NCBI GenBank assembly: GCA_013265495.1
Contig: MU058423.1
Coordinates: forward strand, 9,719,627-9,783,626
DNA length: 64,000 nucleotides
Source of the DNA: Vicugna vicugna
Lineage: Eukaryota
Reading direction: 5' to 3'
Of this stretch, positions 13,640 to 27,629 are shown piece after piece; the stretch's first letter is position 1; every line of letters starts with the position of its first letter. Made by a program: the position numbers and the translations under genes. The notes under the pieces are model-generated. The model searched no databases. It saw only the letters and a program-made list of their open reading frames with translations, and was not told the origin of the DNA.

Positions 13640-14110
13640 TACATCTGCCTTTTGTAAAAGCAAAAGAATGTCATGTTCTCGTTCTCTTGGAACCTTGGGT
13701 AGTAGCGATATAGATGAGCTTGAGTTAGTCTGCTAGCAGATGAGAATCAAAGAGTCCTATTGTGTCCTTGGATGACTAGCCCCCTCCACCAGAAGCAGAG
13801 CCACCTAGCTCATTGGCAGCAGATGATAGACCCATAGAGAGCCGAGTCCAAATTGCCAGATCACAAAACTGTAAGCTAAACAAACAGTTGCCACTAAATT
13901 TTTGAATGACTCATTACACAGCAAAAGCTATTTCAACTGGAATGGATTTTGCCTGGGATTCTGGCTGCAAAATTGTTCTTTCTTTCTTCTTCCCCAAGCC
14001 TAGTTTTCAGCTTATCTGGTTATGCTGAGATTCTTTCTTAAATAAGTTTCTTTTCTGCTTAAATCAGCTAGAGATGGTTTCTCTTGTTTGCAACTGAGAA
14101 CTCCGACTGG
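13640..14110 (+). mobile_element. Two adjacent MaLR (MLT1) LTR remnants
   Basis: tcattacacagcaaaagcta and aataagtttcttttctgcttaaatcagctagagatggtttct...gcaactgagaa are MLT1 3' termini. Confidence 0.55.
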
Positions 14111-15164
14111 TGTACTTGGAATGAGATAGAATTTTTATATTCTAACGCAATTTTTATTGCCAATAATTTCTACCAACTCATGATATTTTCTTCTGTTCAA
14201 AACAGCTCCTGTATTATAGCCTACCTTGTCAGGAAAGCAGGTGAAATATATGGCAGTGAGCCAAAAACACAGCTCTTGGTATAGAAAAGAAATTTATAAT
14301 GAGAAAGAAAAAGTTGATGATTTTCCCTGTTTTCTCTATCACCCTTGGCACCCCCAACCCTAGAAGAAGACTCCATGGTCTTGGAAGAAGAGACAAAATT
14401 AGAAGGGGAGCAAAGGGAGCTTAGAAAAGGTGAGTTTAAAAAGTAATAGAGATATAGGTGATAGAGCTTAGATACAGACAAAGAGAGAGATGGTGTAGAA
14501 ATAGATGCAGACATAAGACACACATACACAAAGGAAGCTTAAGCAAATCAAGAGTTTACTGTTTTTCAAAAGGCAGTGCCAGAAGTTGGTAGTCCAGGGC
14601 TGGTCCAGAAATTCTGCGAATCCATCAGAGACCTACGTTCCTTTTCTTGTTTTACCCACACATTCTTATGCTTATTTCGTCACAGATCGGCTTCTCCACC
14701 TAAGAGCAGGGCAAAAACTGCACAGGAGTCTGTGCAATTAGTTTTCAAGGTAGGCACATTGTCTTCCTCAACAAAATCATTTGGGAAAGCGAGTAACAGT
14801 TTCTGCCAAGTATTTCTTGTAGGTAATTTGTGAACTCTAATGCAAGAAATAAATGTAAGGCAATAGGTTTATATTTGTAAGGCATCTTTTCTTTGAATCA
14901 ATTTCAAATTTGTTAACTGTCAACAGGAAATGAAAGGTGGAAGAAAATTTAAGTTTTATCTAATGCAATCTGAGAATTTTTTTCTTTAACGTCACTAACA
15001 GATGTTTAGAAGGCTCTGCTTGGTCGCTTCTGACTTCTGGGGTAAAAAAAAAAATCATATGGTTAATGAATTACAACAAAAAGCATGTTTTCCAGAAATA
15101 CGTGAGAAAATTAAAATAGATGATGGAATAATGAAAACATACAACATTGAAAATATTAACAGTC

Positions 15165-15654
15165 TGTTACCGAACCAAACTCAGGTCGGCTTCCCCACGG
15201 ACGGTCAAGCCAATCTACTGACGTGGGTTGTGCAGAAGGGAAGCGCAGCGTTTACTGAAGGCCACCTACAAGGAGTCCGGGACAGCTAGCGCTGAGAAAG
15301 CCCCAACTTCCCAGTGGATTTCAGGAAAGCATTTCTAAAGGCCAGGTGAGGGAATGGGTCCCAGGGTATGCGATCACCTTGTGCACAATTCTCTGATGGG
15401 TTGATGGTGAGGCAGCAGGCAGTTGTCACAGGGATTCACATTATCAGTCCTGAGGCTCCAGTAGGTCTGGGGCTCTGTGCTCACGGTCATCAGGTAGTCA
15501 GTGTCTTCCATTTGGTGGGAGTTCCCATATCTGTAAAACAACTCAGGAAATGTGCATTGGAAACTGTTACCTGGGTCCTTTTAGGGGAGCTACAGCAGAG
15601 GGTATAGGGGATGGGTCTGTCCCGGAAAGGCCCCCAGGGCCCTGCTCAGTAACA
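15165..15654 (-). mobile_element. ERV1-class solo LTR
   Basis: TGTTAC...GTAACA inverted termini, ~490 bp, 4-bp TSD AGTC/AATC. Confidence 0.85.
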
Positions 15655-16189
15655 AATCTTTCATTAGAACCAGGGTGGAATTTTCATTAATTGAGAAATG
15701 TAACCAATACCTTACACTTTGTCACAGGAAATCAAGTAATTCTTCTCTCCTAAAAGAAGACAGAAAGAAATTAATTCCTCTTCAACTAAACAGCTCTTGG
15801 CCCACGCAATAGTGTTTTACAAGCCAGGAAACTGAGTGGCTATTACTTTTCTTTGAAATTGCTGCTTTTTGTACAACTATCCCCATTTTCCTATCTTCAT
15901 CTAGAGACTACAACTCCCAAAGAGCAACAGGCAGAGACTTGCAGTGTTGCACTGCATCCTGGGAAATTAATTCCCCAAAGTAAGCAGAAGCAGGGGACAG
16001 CTAAACAGCCTAGATAAGAGGGCATGCCAAGCGCTGAGGTCTTTCCTGAATTCCATTATTTCATTATGGAAGAGAGTCAGATAGCAGGAGTTCAAAAAGT
16101 CCCACTTCAGCACAGCAGAAGTGCACAAACTGCATGCCTCATACACAATGGAAACACAGTACGATGGCCATGCACTTATACTGGCTTTC

Positions 16190-16420
16190 CATTCATTCAT
16201 TCAGCAAACATTTACGAAACATCAATTACATGCAAGAACAGTCTGGGCATGAGGAATAGAGCAAAAAACAAAAAAGATGGAGTCCCTGCCTTTCGAGGAG
16301 CTACATTCTAATGGAGGGAAGCAGACAAATAAAAAACTAAATGTGCATCAGGTGGTAAAGATGATGAAGTGAAGAATAAAAAATAAAGAAAGACAAGGAG
16401 GACAGAGTGAGGCGTGGTCA
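16190..16420 (-). mobile_element. L2 3' fragment
   Basis: cattcattcattcagcaaacatttac...gtccctgcctttcgaggagctacattcta. Confidence 0.75.
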
Positions 16421-18519
16421 CTGTTGTATGTATGAAGGCCGGGGAAAACTATTTCATAAAGTGTATTTGGGAAGGTCGGTTACAAGAAGGAAACCAGTCT
16501 CTCACGTTAGCTTGGGTGCCCAGAGGAAGCCTGATCGCGCTACACCTGGCACACTCTTCCCTAAGTTACCTGTACAGTTTCTCCCCCACCTTCTTCAGAT
16601 GTCAGGAAGGAAGGGCAGATGATCCGTGCACAAAGAAGAATCAGAGCACTGATAATACACTTCTCAAAAAGAAAGAGAGAATGTCTCATTTCAGTTTTTA
16701 ATATTTGAGATAATGATGTCTTAATTTCATAAATCACAACCTTAAGCTTTGCAACCAAAAGCACTACTGACTGTTAGTGCTAGGAAGTGGTGGATTCTAA
16801 GCCACCATTTGGAGGTCTTTGTAAACCCCCTAAGGCCGGGATGGTTTCCTCATCTACTGCTGCCATGATGCAAACTGCAGAAGACACTATTCATCGAGTA
16901 TTTTAGATCCTGGTTCGAATTGTACAGTAAGACTACTCTGCCCACTACATTATTATCCAATTGCACGAATAAAGAAAGAAAAAGCCATGGACAATTTGTC
17001 CACTGTTTACAGTTTGTCACTTTCTCCCTCTCTTCCCACAGCATTTGGTGTCTATTTTCGTAGCTATTCCAGCACCTGTTTCATTGTTGCACAATTGTTT
17101 ATGTGCATATTGGTACTTCCCGCTAGGCTGTAGGTTACTTGAGGACATACACAGAGCATGAGTCATCTTTGCTTCGCCAGTCTTATATAAATAATTGCTA
17201 GATAAGTGATTCAATAAATTTAAAAACATAGAAATCGTGTTAAGCTTGCATTCTCTTTTTTTGTCTGTGTGTTCTTTTTCTCACATATTTCTGAGTCTAA
17301 AGCATACAACAGAATATAATTTAATTTCAGTTGCCATAAACAGCTTCAGAACAGTTGTGTCCACTTATTTAGGGCGTGCTTGTGAATGCCTTTCATCTGG
17401 GTTAAGTAGTCCTTCTTCTAAGAGAAGATGGCATTGTAATCATAACCATACATCTGGCCAGACACAGACAGTCCATTGTTTTACTAAAGCCAAGTAAAGA
17501 GCTTTTCAAGCTGTTCGTCAGAACCATTGAAGGCCGAATGTTGGAACTCCGTTTTAGCAACAGGAGGTATGTGATAAAGAAAATGCACCAAAAATGTTAA
17601 CCATTCCTTTTCTAGACATTTTATATTCTTTATTTTAAAAAGTGTTAAATTAATAAATATTTGATACATAAAAATTGCAAATCCAGGAAAGCACACATAA
17701 AATCCACTACCCTGTGGTAATTATTAACATTAGCATATGTACTTTGTACATTTTGTTGGACATTTGAGTTGGTATCAAGTTGGTTTTCTCATAAAAAAAT
17801 TATAATTCTGATTATTTCTTTCTTAGAATTAACTCCTAGGAAAAGAGAGGAATTTGAGTATTTAGTACATTGAAAACTCAACGCTTAGTTTTGGAAAGTT
17901 TGATGTGGCCACAAGATTTGGTGAACGAATAATGCATGAAGACATCCAGCCTCCTGAACTCACTCTGGTGACCAGACTCATAAGCAAGCCACTGTTTTTA
18001 ACAAGCCAAGGCCCTGTGGATCTTAGTAAGCACAGTGCGTTCATGCTGCTACAGCACTAATCACTCAACGTGCACAGCAGGCCATGGCTCCGGTGGCGAG
18101 TCCAGCTGAGACAGCAGTTAGGATATCAGAAAATGAAGCATATCATTATATAGGATTTAAAATTTACCTTCTTGGCACTGGTGGATGGAATCTGTTTTGC
18201 TCTCTTTAGTTTGATTCTTATCTAGAACTTCAGGCCAAAACTTTATGCTGCAAACACAAAATTTACATGGCCCTCAGAGCCCTAGTGCATGAGATTCTAA
18301 CTTAAATGTGGATTGCCAGACATAAGGAGCTGGCACTTTGGTTGTGAGTCCAAATTCTGTTCTACATTATCCGGGGTCAAGAAGGGACATTGGAAAGGCT
18401 GACTTCTTAAATTCTTGTTCAGAGGCTCTCAAATTCATCACTAGTGGGCTTGTGTTGAGCTAGGTTTTTAATTTTGTAAGCTCTACTTATGTTTTGTATG
18501 TTAGAGACCCAGAGTTTTG

Positions 18520-18858
18520 TGTATTAGTCAGCTTGGGCTGCCATAACAAAAGACCATAAACTGGCTGACTTGAACAGCAAAAATTAATTTTCCCACAGTT
18601 CTGGAGGCTAAAAGTTCAAGATCAAGGTCCTCCCCCGAGCTTACAGACAGGTCACCTTATTTCTGTCTCTTCACATGGTGGGGAGAGAGAGAGCACTTTC
18701 TAGTATCTCTTCTTATGAGAATACCAGTCCTATAGGATCAGGGCCCTGCCCTTATGACCTCATTTAACCTTAATTACTTTCTTATTCTAAATACAGTTGC
18801 ATTGGTGGTAATGGCTTTACCATAAAAATTTTAGAGAGACACAATTCAGTCTGAAGCA
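18520..18858 (-). mobile_element. MaLR solo LTR (MLT1A/B-like)
   Basis: tgtattagtcagcttgggctgccataacaaa...cacagttctggaggc...gacacaattcagtctgaagca, with TSD-like TTTTG/TTTGG. Confidence 0.85.
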
Positions 18859-19702
18859 TTTGGCTTCTACCACAAAGGGATTTACCAACATCAAAAAGAG
18901 AAGGCTTAGAGAGATATCATCTTTTGGACTCAGGGACAGAATTAAGTCAATGCCATTATTATAATTACTACCAGACTGATACAGACTCTAAGGAGGCTAT
19001 AGTTTGGATGGTGTTTGTAGAAATCAAGTTGGCTTAGATTTTCCAAGAGAAACTTGATTGCTTTGGGGAAAAAGTAAATTTTGAAATGATAGCAAGAACG
19101 GAATTGGGAGAATAAAAGATAAAGTAGCTTTCTTCCTAAAAGGTTAAACTTGTAGTGACAAGGTTAAGAGTTTGGGAGTGACCAGGCTACACAGCAATGA
19201 AAGGAAAAGAAAATGGACACAAATCAAATAGTTCTCAAAAATGACACCTCAAAAAAGAGTAGATTTTGGTCATTAATAATCAGGATGGCTAGAGCCAAGT
19301 ATGGTCTAACCTAAGAGAAAAAAGGCAACATTTTAGAGAGTAAATGACTCTCAGGAGGAACCAGATATAGGAAATAACTGGGCGGCTGAACCTTAAAGCT
19401 ACAGGTGGAGAATCAGTGATAAGAATGATGGAGGAATTGCCTCTATATTGGAAAACATAGCTAAGCAAAATTTTATGTGGGAAAAGAACAGTGAATGAAT
19501 TTTCAGTACAACTGTAGCATGCCTTTGAAGTTAATTTTATTATTATTTTGCCCAAATATAATTTATGAAATATGTTTAGTTTTCTCAGAAAGACACAGAA
19601 TTTTTGCATTTAGGGAGTAGGTTTATGAAGATGGAAGCTGATCTGCGCCAATAAATTCCTGATGTGTTTCTCCAGAAGGGCACAGACACTCTCTTTATCA
19701 AA

Positions 19703-19746
19703 ATAGATAGATAGATAGATAGATAGGTAGATAGATAGATAGATAG
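19703..19746 (+). repeat. (ATAG)n microsatellite
   Basis: About 11 units, one variant unit. Confidence 0.95.
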
Positions 19747-20511
19747 GCAGACTGACTGACAGAGCACTTTCATTTTTATTTCCCAAAGAATAGCTCCAGT
19801 TCTGATACATTTCTCTACTCCTCTGAGTGAGAGAAAACTGACATCTCTGATGAGACAAACAAGAAAACAGTGAGCATGTATTTTTCTCTGTCTCTTTCAG
19901 ATTTTGTAAGCTCCCTGGGATATGCCTGTAAGCTGTATCCCTGGTTATGTAGCTTTCCTGTCTGTGAATGACTGTGTGGGAGAGAGGGGTGGGAAAATGG
20001 AGAAACAGGAAACCCAATATGTCCACACATCTATGTTCTCTGATTCCAGTTTTATCAGCAATAAAGCTAATATTTTTACCTTGAGTTTACTTCTCAATTG
20101 ATTCAAATCTGAAAGGGGAGCCAGATAGAGTGAACCAACATACTCAAAGCCCCCAGAGTTTGGAAGCATTAGGAATGAAAAGCAGCAACTCTCACCACTT
20201 CAACTGTTGTTTTAATCCTTCTGGACATTCCTGGCATAACCTGTGCATCTATTTCTTGATTCATCAACTTTAGATAATATTACTGACCCTTGTTCTCGTC
20301 TCATTTTATTATTACAGCTACAGTTCTCATTCACCTAGTAGTTTTATTTATAAGCTGAATGATACACTTAAACCTCCATTTCTTGAACCATCAACCTTAG
20401 ATAGTATAAAATTTCCATATATTCTGATTTCATCTTCCATCTTCTGTAACTCTCTTCCCCCTCCACATTCTGTCAGTTCCATCATTATTGTCCCATCTGG
20501 GTCTCCAAAAC

Positions 20512-21053
20512 TGTAGGGACAGAAAAGTGTTCCCTTCTTCCCTTCTAAGTTTTTTGACTGACCTAATAATTAAGTTTATATAAGTTAGATTAATAGGAGA
20601 AAAACCAACAAAACTTTAATAATATGTATTTTTCCAGTACACATAGGAGACACTCAGGAAAACTGAGAAACTCCCCAAAATGGCCAAAGCCCTCACCAAG
20701 AATACCGTCTTCAGCTAAAGACAAAAGACGTTGGGGTTGAAGTCGTTTGAGAAGTTACCAGGAGAAGCACAGTCAACAGGAGCATGGTTGTTACGCAGAT
20801 TTAAGTCATAGCCTTCTCCACTGATAACAGTTTCTAGAGATTTATATACCCTTCTCTTCCTGGTACAGCAAGGAAGACACTCTTACAAATGGAGATTTCC
20901 CCGATAAATGTGTTTTTCTTTTTTTACAAAAGGTAACTTCTACTCAGTTTTCACAGCTTTTCCAATGTCTGCTGTTTCTTAAAAATAATGAACCTAGAAC
21001 AATCAATATGCCAAAGAGGCATATTTGGGGATGGCATATTTAGCTCCATTTCA
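20512..21053 (-). mobile_element. ERV1-class solo LTR (related to 27630 and 30733 copies)
   Basis: TG...CA ends. Shares aataccgtcttcagctaaaga and tttcttaaaaataat...atgccaaagag with the 30733 LTR. Confidence 0.8.
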
Positions 21054-21289
21054 GCAGAAGCCCACATTTACAATGTATTTAAAAGTTTGTAGATATTGAT
21101 ATATTATCTTCTAAATTAACTATTCATAAAAATATTACACAACTTGAAGATTTCTTCCTTTAAATACACATTAATAGAGCACCTTCATTGTTTCAAATAC
21201 TAAGATAGATATAAGAGACCCAGAATTAAAAGAAAATACAGTTTGATAAATGTTATAAATGAGATATTGATTCAACATATATTAATTTA

Positions 21290-21420
21290 ATATATACTCT
21301 GTACCTAGAGCTGTATTAAAGATCTTAAAAATATCATCTCATTTAACCTTCAACTCACCCTATGAGGTAGGTTTTATTATTATGTCTTTTTTATAGATGC
21401 AGAAACTAAGCTTATACACC
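21290..21420 (-). mobile_element. MIR SINE
   Basis: atctcatttaaccttcaac...ctatgaggtagg...ttttatagatgcagaaactaag. Confidence 0.7.
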
Positions 21421-21578
21421 TGACTCTAAAACTCTCTCAATCACAAAATCCTAAGAGATGAGGTGAAGTTTCCACAGCTCTGTGGATAACGAATGGCATT
21501 TGTCACATGTATTGAGAGTACTAACTTGATTCCTGGCTTAAATTTCCTCACATTGTCTCAATTCTCTTTTCTTATTCT

Positions 21579-22047
21579 TGACAACTTAAAAAAAAAAGCA
21601 CAACATGAGAGTTGTGAGTTAAGTGTTATTTGGGGCAAAATGAGGACTATAGCCCAGGAGGCAGAATTTCAGATAGGTCTGAGGAACTGCTCTGAAGAAG
21701 AAAGGGGAAGGTCAGTGTCTATGTGATTTTGGTGAAGGGGGTGTGTGCAGTCAAGCACACATATTTGCAGAAGGTTGCTGCTGGTCACAAGGAGCAGATG
21801 TCTCCATTAATGAGTTTAGTGCTTTTCTAGACATAAAGAGATGCAAGATTTTGGCTCATAAAATCTTCTCCTGAAAATATCTAACTATCTGAAGGCCTTT
21901 TCTGCCAGTTTTTCCCGGAGTACAGCGTGACTCCTTCCTGATCTCCACCCTGAACTCCTTTTGGGTTATGTTGAAGGTCAGCAGCTACAGTAGCCTGGGA
22001 TTTAAACCTTGTGGGGGCAGATGTCAAGTGCCAATTTTTAGTTGGCG
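21579..22047 (-). mobile_element. ERV1-class solo LTR
   Basis: TGACAACT...AGTTGGCG termini and a perfect 4-bp TSD TTCT (21575-21578 / 22048-22051). Confidence 0.85.
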
Positions 22048-22744
22048 TTCTAAGTACTGTTTCCATGTTTTAGTATGGGTATCATTACAAGCCATGTCAA
22101 ATTTCTTTTTGGAACAAGAGTGAATGTAAATAACCATAGTGTCTGATAACAATCGTCTCAATATTTTCAAGCCACGGCCAAGAAAAGAGCCTTGCTGGAT
22201 GCGAATGATTTCCTTAGGTGACAAATTCATTTCCTTGGTTCTCATTATTTAATCAACTCTGTCCACATAACTATTATTATTCGTTTTTATTCTTCGCCAT
22301 CATTATATCACAAAAGACCATCCAACACTTGGCTGACATCTAAAAAGATTAATTTCTGCAGCTTGCCCTTCATCAGCAGCTTTAGATACTCTCTTAAAGA
22401 AGACAAGGTAGTCGCGTTGGATTGCTTTTTAATCATTTCACAAAGAAAACAAGCTATTTCTCTTTGTGTTTCTAAGATACACAAACCATCTGCTTGTGCT
22501 TTAGAGTTTCTTTCAGAAGCACTCATTTGGAAGATGACATTTTTATTTTCGAAATACGTGGTGTTTTGTGCTGCTTTTGAACACAATAAACTAGATTATT
22601 CGTGCTGGTGAACTTCCCTCGAGGACAGAAAGGGGCACTTTGGGAAGCTCCACTGACTCCCAAGGCACCGCTCCGGAAATTGCTTCTCAGATGCTTGGAA
22701 ACTTGTGAGCAGGGTGGAACTTACCTACCAGCTCCCTGTGTAGG

Positions 22745-22905
22745 AGCCAAGCTCCCTGATTTCAAGACCGGACTCTGCCATTAATTATTTGTTTGCTGTG
22801 GCAAATTGTTAACCTTGCTAGTTCTCAATTTCTGCATCTGAAAATCAGAGGGTTGGATTGCATTATTCCCAGGAGTCCCTTCCTGCTTCAAAAAGCATGA
22901 TTCAG
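22745..22905 (+). mobile_element. MIR/MIR3 SINE
   Basis: ctctgccattaatt...ggcaaattgttaacc...ctcaatttctgcatctgaaaa. Confidence 0.6.
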
Positions 22906-23047
22906 GAAAAAAGTCTCAGCCTTACTATGTAGCAAAATTGAAGGGTTACATGGCAATGCTGTGAGAATGTCTATGCATATGTGTATATACACAATATACA
23001 TATATATATTCTCTCCCTCAGGATCTATTTTTACTTTATATATATAC

Positions 23048-23332
23048 CCATAGAGGGAGATTATAAAAAAGAAACATCTTTCAGAGGGTTTGTCTCAAAT
23101 AATAACCCACAAATTATGACAATTTACTCTGCTATTCGTATATGACGTTATAACATAATATGTATATATAACATACATAAAAACACAATATATTATAATA
23201 TATGTATAATAATAGACTTATGTATAAATATATAGAGCACAAATATTATAGAATACAGAATATGTATTTGTGGGTTATTATTTGAGACAGATCCTCTGAA
23301 AGAAGCTCTTTTTTCACAATGTGCCTCCATGG
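23048..23332. repeat. Long inverted repeat (~67-bp arms, AT-rich spacer)
   Basis: 23091-23114 (tgtctcaaataataacccacaaat) is the exact reverse complement of 23266-23289. Imperfect pairing extends to 23048/23332. Confidence 0.9.
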
Positions 23333-26300
23333 ATCTGTTCTCTACTTCTTGCTTCTCCAAAGTCCTTTTATTAATATCTCTCTTTTTGGCTGCAGTGCTA
23401 AAACAGCAATCATGTAAGAAAGCACTTACATAAACCTTTGAAGAAGAAAGTGTTCTTTTTTCATCATGAATTAGTTTATTCTATTGGTTTTTGTTGATCA
23501 AAGACTTGGGAGTGGCAAGTCAGAACAGATTCGAGACCCATGCGATGGGAATAATGTATGTCGAAAAGTGCCACACAGTCAACAAATAATGCTTTAATCT
23601 TAACCTACAAAGTAACCTGGGGCTCCCAGGTTCTGAGGACCTCAAGCTGAAGTTCTGAAAAGATTGTCCGCACTGAATTTCACGGACATCACAGTTTGTC
23701 CTGAAACTCTCATCCGGGAAGTTGCTTGCGACGGAGCTTAAGTCACTTCGCACGTCTGCACTCGGGGGATTCCGTCACTGGCCTCTCGTGCCACGTGTGC
23801 TTTGCTTTGGTTTGTCCACCTGCTGTAATCCAACCGTCCTTCCCTGGGTGGCGTCCCAGTAATACCAGCTCTGCCTACAAATGTTCTGGGAAGCACTAAT
23901 GATACTGCGCTGTTCTACAGGTTGGCAGAGGTACTTTGCAGAAAAGCTAGACTTGATTTCTTTTTTCCCCCTATTCTTTCTATCAGCGGGCTAGGACTTC
24001 TGAGAATGCCCCAGCCAGAGGCAGCTACAAAACTCCTCTTCCCCAAGGGAATACCCAAGGGTTGAGTCAGTAAGGACTTTGCAGAGATTGGCCAATTGGG
24101 AAGCTATTTTCCTGATGTCTCACAGATCAACTCACACTGCATATAAAGGCCCCATGGATTACAAGATGTGGGAAAACATGAAGAGGATAACTCCAGGTGT
24201 GAAAAGTGTCTTCCAATGCCTAAAAGCTTTATAAAGAGAATCAGCAATCACTCAGGCAGATATTTATAATAGAAACATAATAATGATTCTACACTTTAAA
24301 TTATTACCTGCATTTACTGCTGCTGTTTTTAATATTGAAACAAAAGGTGCTGAAAGTAATTTGCATCAACCAGAGCTGAGAATTAACACAGAGGTTAAAA
24401 TTATATCCTTCTCTAGGAAAAGCTAATATATGCTAGATTTCTTTCAAACCTGGTTTCAAAGAACAATGTATTCTTTACAAATAAATTAAATAAGATGAAA
24501 TTCTTATTCTGTCATTTATGAATTTGCATTAAAAATATAAGAAAAGGTACCATACAAGCAGAATAGAATTTTAACAACATCCAAGAATGTTGCAGAAAGA
24601 TACAACTTAGAATAAAATCTATGGTGCTGTGTGGGCATTTATTCCAACAGCATAAACTAGTAAGATTCAATAAGTGTACGTGCAGCAGGAATTCCATTAA
24701 CCTCTCCCTGTTTTCATGTGAAACTTAAGTTTGTCAAAGGGATGACAATTTATTTCATTGGGTTCTTAATAATAGAAAATACAGGGTGGGTCCAAATTGA
24801 CTCAAATTAGCATTCTGAGAATCCTAATTCAGTATCAGTAGCTTAGTTTCCATTGTAATAGAAGTTACCAAGCATTATATTTGCTGGCAGTGGGTTAATA
24901 CTGTAATGACACTGGCTATGATGCAGTTTAAGGGAAATTATGGAGTAGAATCTGTCGGAACAAATCTTGAGTAGGAGGAATAAATGTTTCATAGCACACT
25001 GTGTGCTTCCACGTCCATCTGGTGTTCTGAAACAAGAAAAGCCAGGGAGGTCTACAAAATGTGCTCGATGGCACATTTGAGACAGAAAATCCAAAGATAA
25101 TGCATGTTCATATTTTTGTCTTATTACAGTACCTGTTAGCAAAGGACACCAGACTGAAGAGGCCATAACTTTATTTTGCCTAAAACAGATTTTAGAGATG
25201 CTTTCCTTTTCACTTGATGGAGGCAAACATTGTTTCCAGATGCATTTTGCATTTTAACTGACAAAAGATTCCAGTTTCAAATGAAATTATGGCTCTAACA
25301 GTGTCAAGTGACCATTTTTTCATAACCTTTACCAAAATGCAGATATATGCTTCTCCTGTGCATGATTCCAATTTTGAATTATTTAATACTATCAAATTAT
25401 TCATCTATATAGCATTTTGATATTAAAATCCCCAATGCAACAACAAAAACCACTTGAAAACACAGAAAATCACAAAGGAAATATACCTTTTATTCCCATT
25501 ACCAAAAGATGATCACTTGAAACATTTTGATGGGTCCTTTCAGTATCACATGTATTTACATATTCAAATTATATGTACAATTTCCAAAACGATATTGTTT
25601 AGATTTTACTTTGTAGGCTGCTCTATTCATTTAGTAATATAGCATGACCATAAATATTTAGCTATAGCTTTTATATCAAGTATGTTTAGAAATTAGCTTT
25701 GTAACTAGATGATATAAACTTGATGCTCATACAGTTGTTTTTAAAAAATCATTTGCTTCTGTGTTGCATGCAACCCTACTGTTTCATCACTGGATTGAAA
25801 TAAAGAGATGTAATTTCATGAGGTCTCCCTCAGGGACGTCTGACACATGGCACCTGATGAAAACTCACAGGGTGTCCTTCTCCACTGCGGCCACTGGCTA
25901 ACTGATGGGCAGCATGTGGGTAGAGCCCCTGTCAGGTGCTATGCCTTGGGACAGGCTCCTGGATGGTTGCAATGTACCCAGAATCAGAGTGGGACTTTTC
26001 ACGAGTGACAGGATTAGTGGGTTAGAGCTCTGCTCCTGCCAGGGTTATTAGGAATCAAGCAACAGCAGTCAGGAGTAGATGGCAAAAGACGAGCCCATCT
26101 GATACAGCAGGAGTCTGTGTGGAAATTAGCGCAAGTTTTAATTTCCTGAATGCTTCACTACTAGGAACGGCTTTCCCTCATAAAAGACTCTTTTTGAACA
26201 AGTTAGCAGCACCTACACTCTTCAACACTTGCCCCCTGATTTTAGTGTCTATTTCTTCCTTCAAGCCTAAATTCCAAATGTGCTTTAGCATCCCCAGAAT

Positions 26301-26849
26301 CTCTGGCCACTAGGCACAGGCTATCTGATGCTTCCATGCCTACAAAAGTAATGTAGAAAAGTATACATTGTCTTGCCCAAACACTTTTTAAGACTCAGCT
26401 TAAATCATAGTCCTTACCAAATCTTTCCAGTTTCCACTTCATTCCTCAGTCCTGGAAATTCTTTTACTTCCGGTGTCAACTGCAGTACCTGGCTCACAGT
26501 GGGACATCAATAAATGTTTGTGGAACTGTGATTAAATGAAGGAAAGAGTGACATTTCCAAAAATGAATTACCAGCGTTGCAGCAGCAGGCTTTCTGGTAC
26601 AAGCTTCTTTCCAAAATCTTTCAAGTCCAACATGGAGTTGTGCTTTTTTTAAAAAATCAGACATAAGTGGGAAGCAGGTTTTGCAATATCGCCAAGTTGG
26701 CAAAAGACCTCAAGTTGAATTGTTGGAGGTACGTTATTACTGCTGAAGGCTTAAAAAAAATCAACTTCATTTTGATTTTTTTTAAATGTAAGAATTAAAA
26801 TCTAAGGCCATTTTACTACTGTGTCCCATTTCATCTAAAAGGAGGTGTC

Positions 26850-27303
26850 AGTGAAAATTAATCAGTTGATCTAACGAAGAAATGGAAAATTTTATTCAAG
26901 CCAGATTTGAGGATTATAACCCAGGAAGAGCATTTCAGAAAGCTTCAAGAATGGTTCCATCTTTCAGAAGTCAAAGCACAGCTGTATAAATTTTTGAGAC
27001 AGAGGGCTGTACATTAAATGGCGTCAAATGTAAATATGACAGTTTACAAAATCCAGATCTGAGTGTCATCGTGGCCCCCTACAAGATCAAGAAGGAGTGT
27101 TACCTTTTAAGGAGTTGTTGATCCTCAGACAACATTGTTCTTTATGGTTGAGTAGGTATTTCTGCTGACGGGGGAGGTTTGGTCAATGGATAATGCAGAT
27201 GGACAGTGCACAGCAGGGGAGAGGGAGGAGGCCAAAAGGCAGAGAGACATTTTTATATTTAAATTTTTCTTGTCTTGCCATGAAATGTGAATTTTATTTC
27301 ACA
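26850..27303 (-). mobile_element. ERV-type solo LTR
   Basis: gtgaaaatt...attttatttcaca termini and a reverse AATAAA near the left end. Left boundary is approximate. Confidence 0.7.
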
Positions 27304-27629
27304 CAGAATAAAATCTGAAGCTCTTGTTTCCTCTACCAGACAGGTGTCCTCAAGGCTAAAGAATATAGAAATACTCCCAGGTTTTCAATTTACATAAAGC
27401 AGTGTGAGGGAGCGCTAGAGACAACAGTGATGCCTGCCACTTCCTCTGAGGAATGCTTTCTCCAGATCCTGCTTCCCGCAACTTTTAGAAATGTACGTTT
27501 TCCTTTGTGATTTTTAGAACTATACGTTTTCCTTAATGGGTGTGGAGGTTCTCAAAGCAGGCCACATCCTTTTTCATTTACCACCCATTGATTACATGTC
27601 CATTTTGGACAGTGTCTAAAACTTTCTAC

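Noticed and set aside
17042..17161. Good acceptor (tctcttcccacAG) suggesting an exon
   Set aside because: All frames stop within 40 codons, there is no convincing donor, and the peptides are unrecognised.
25057..25078. 8-bp perfect hairpin aaatgtgc-tcgatg-gcacattt
   Set aside because: Stems this short are expected by chance in 64 kb.
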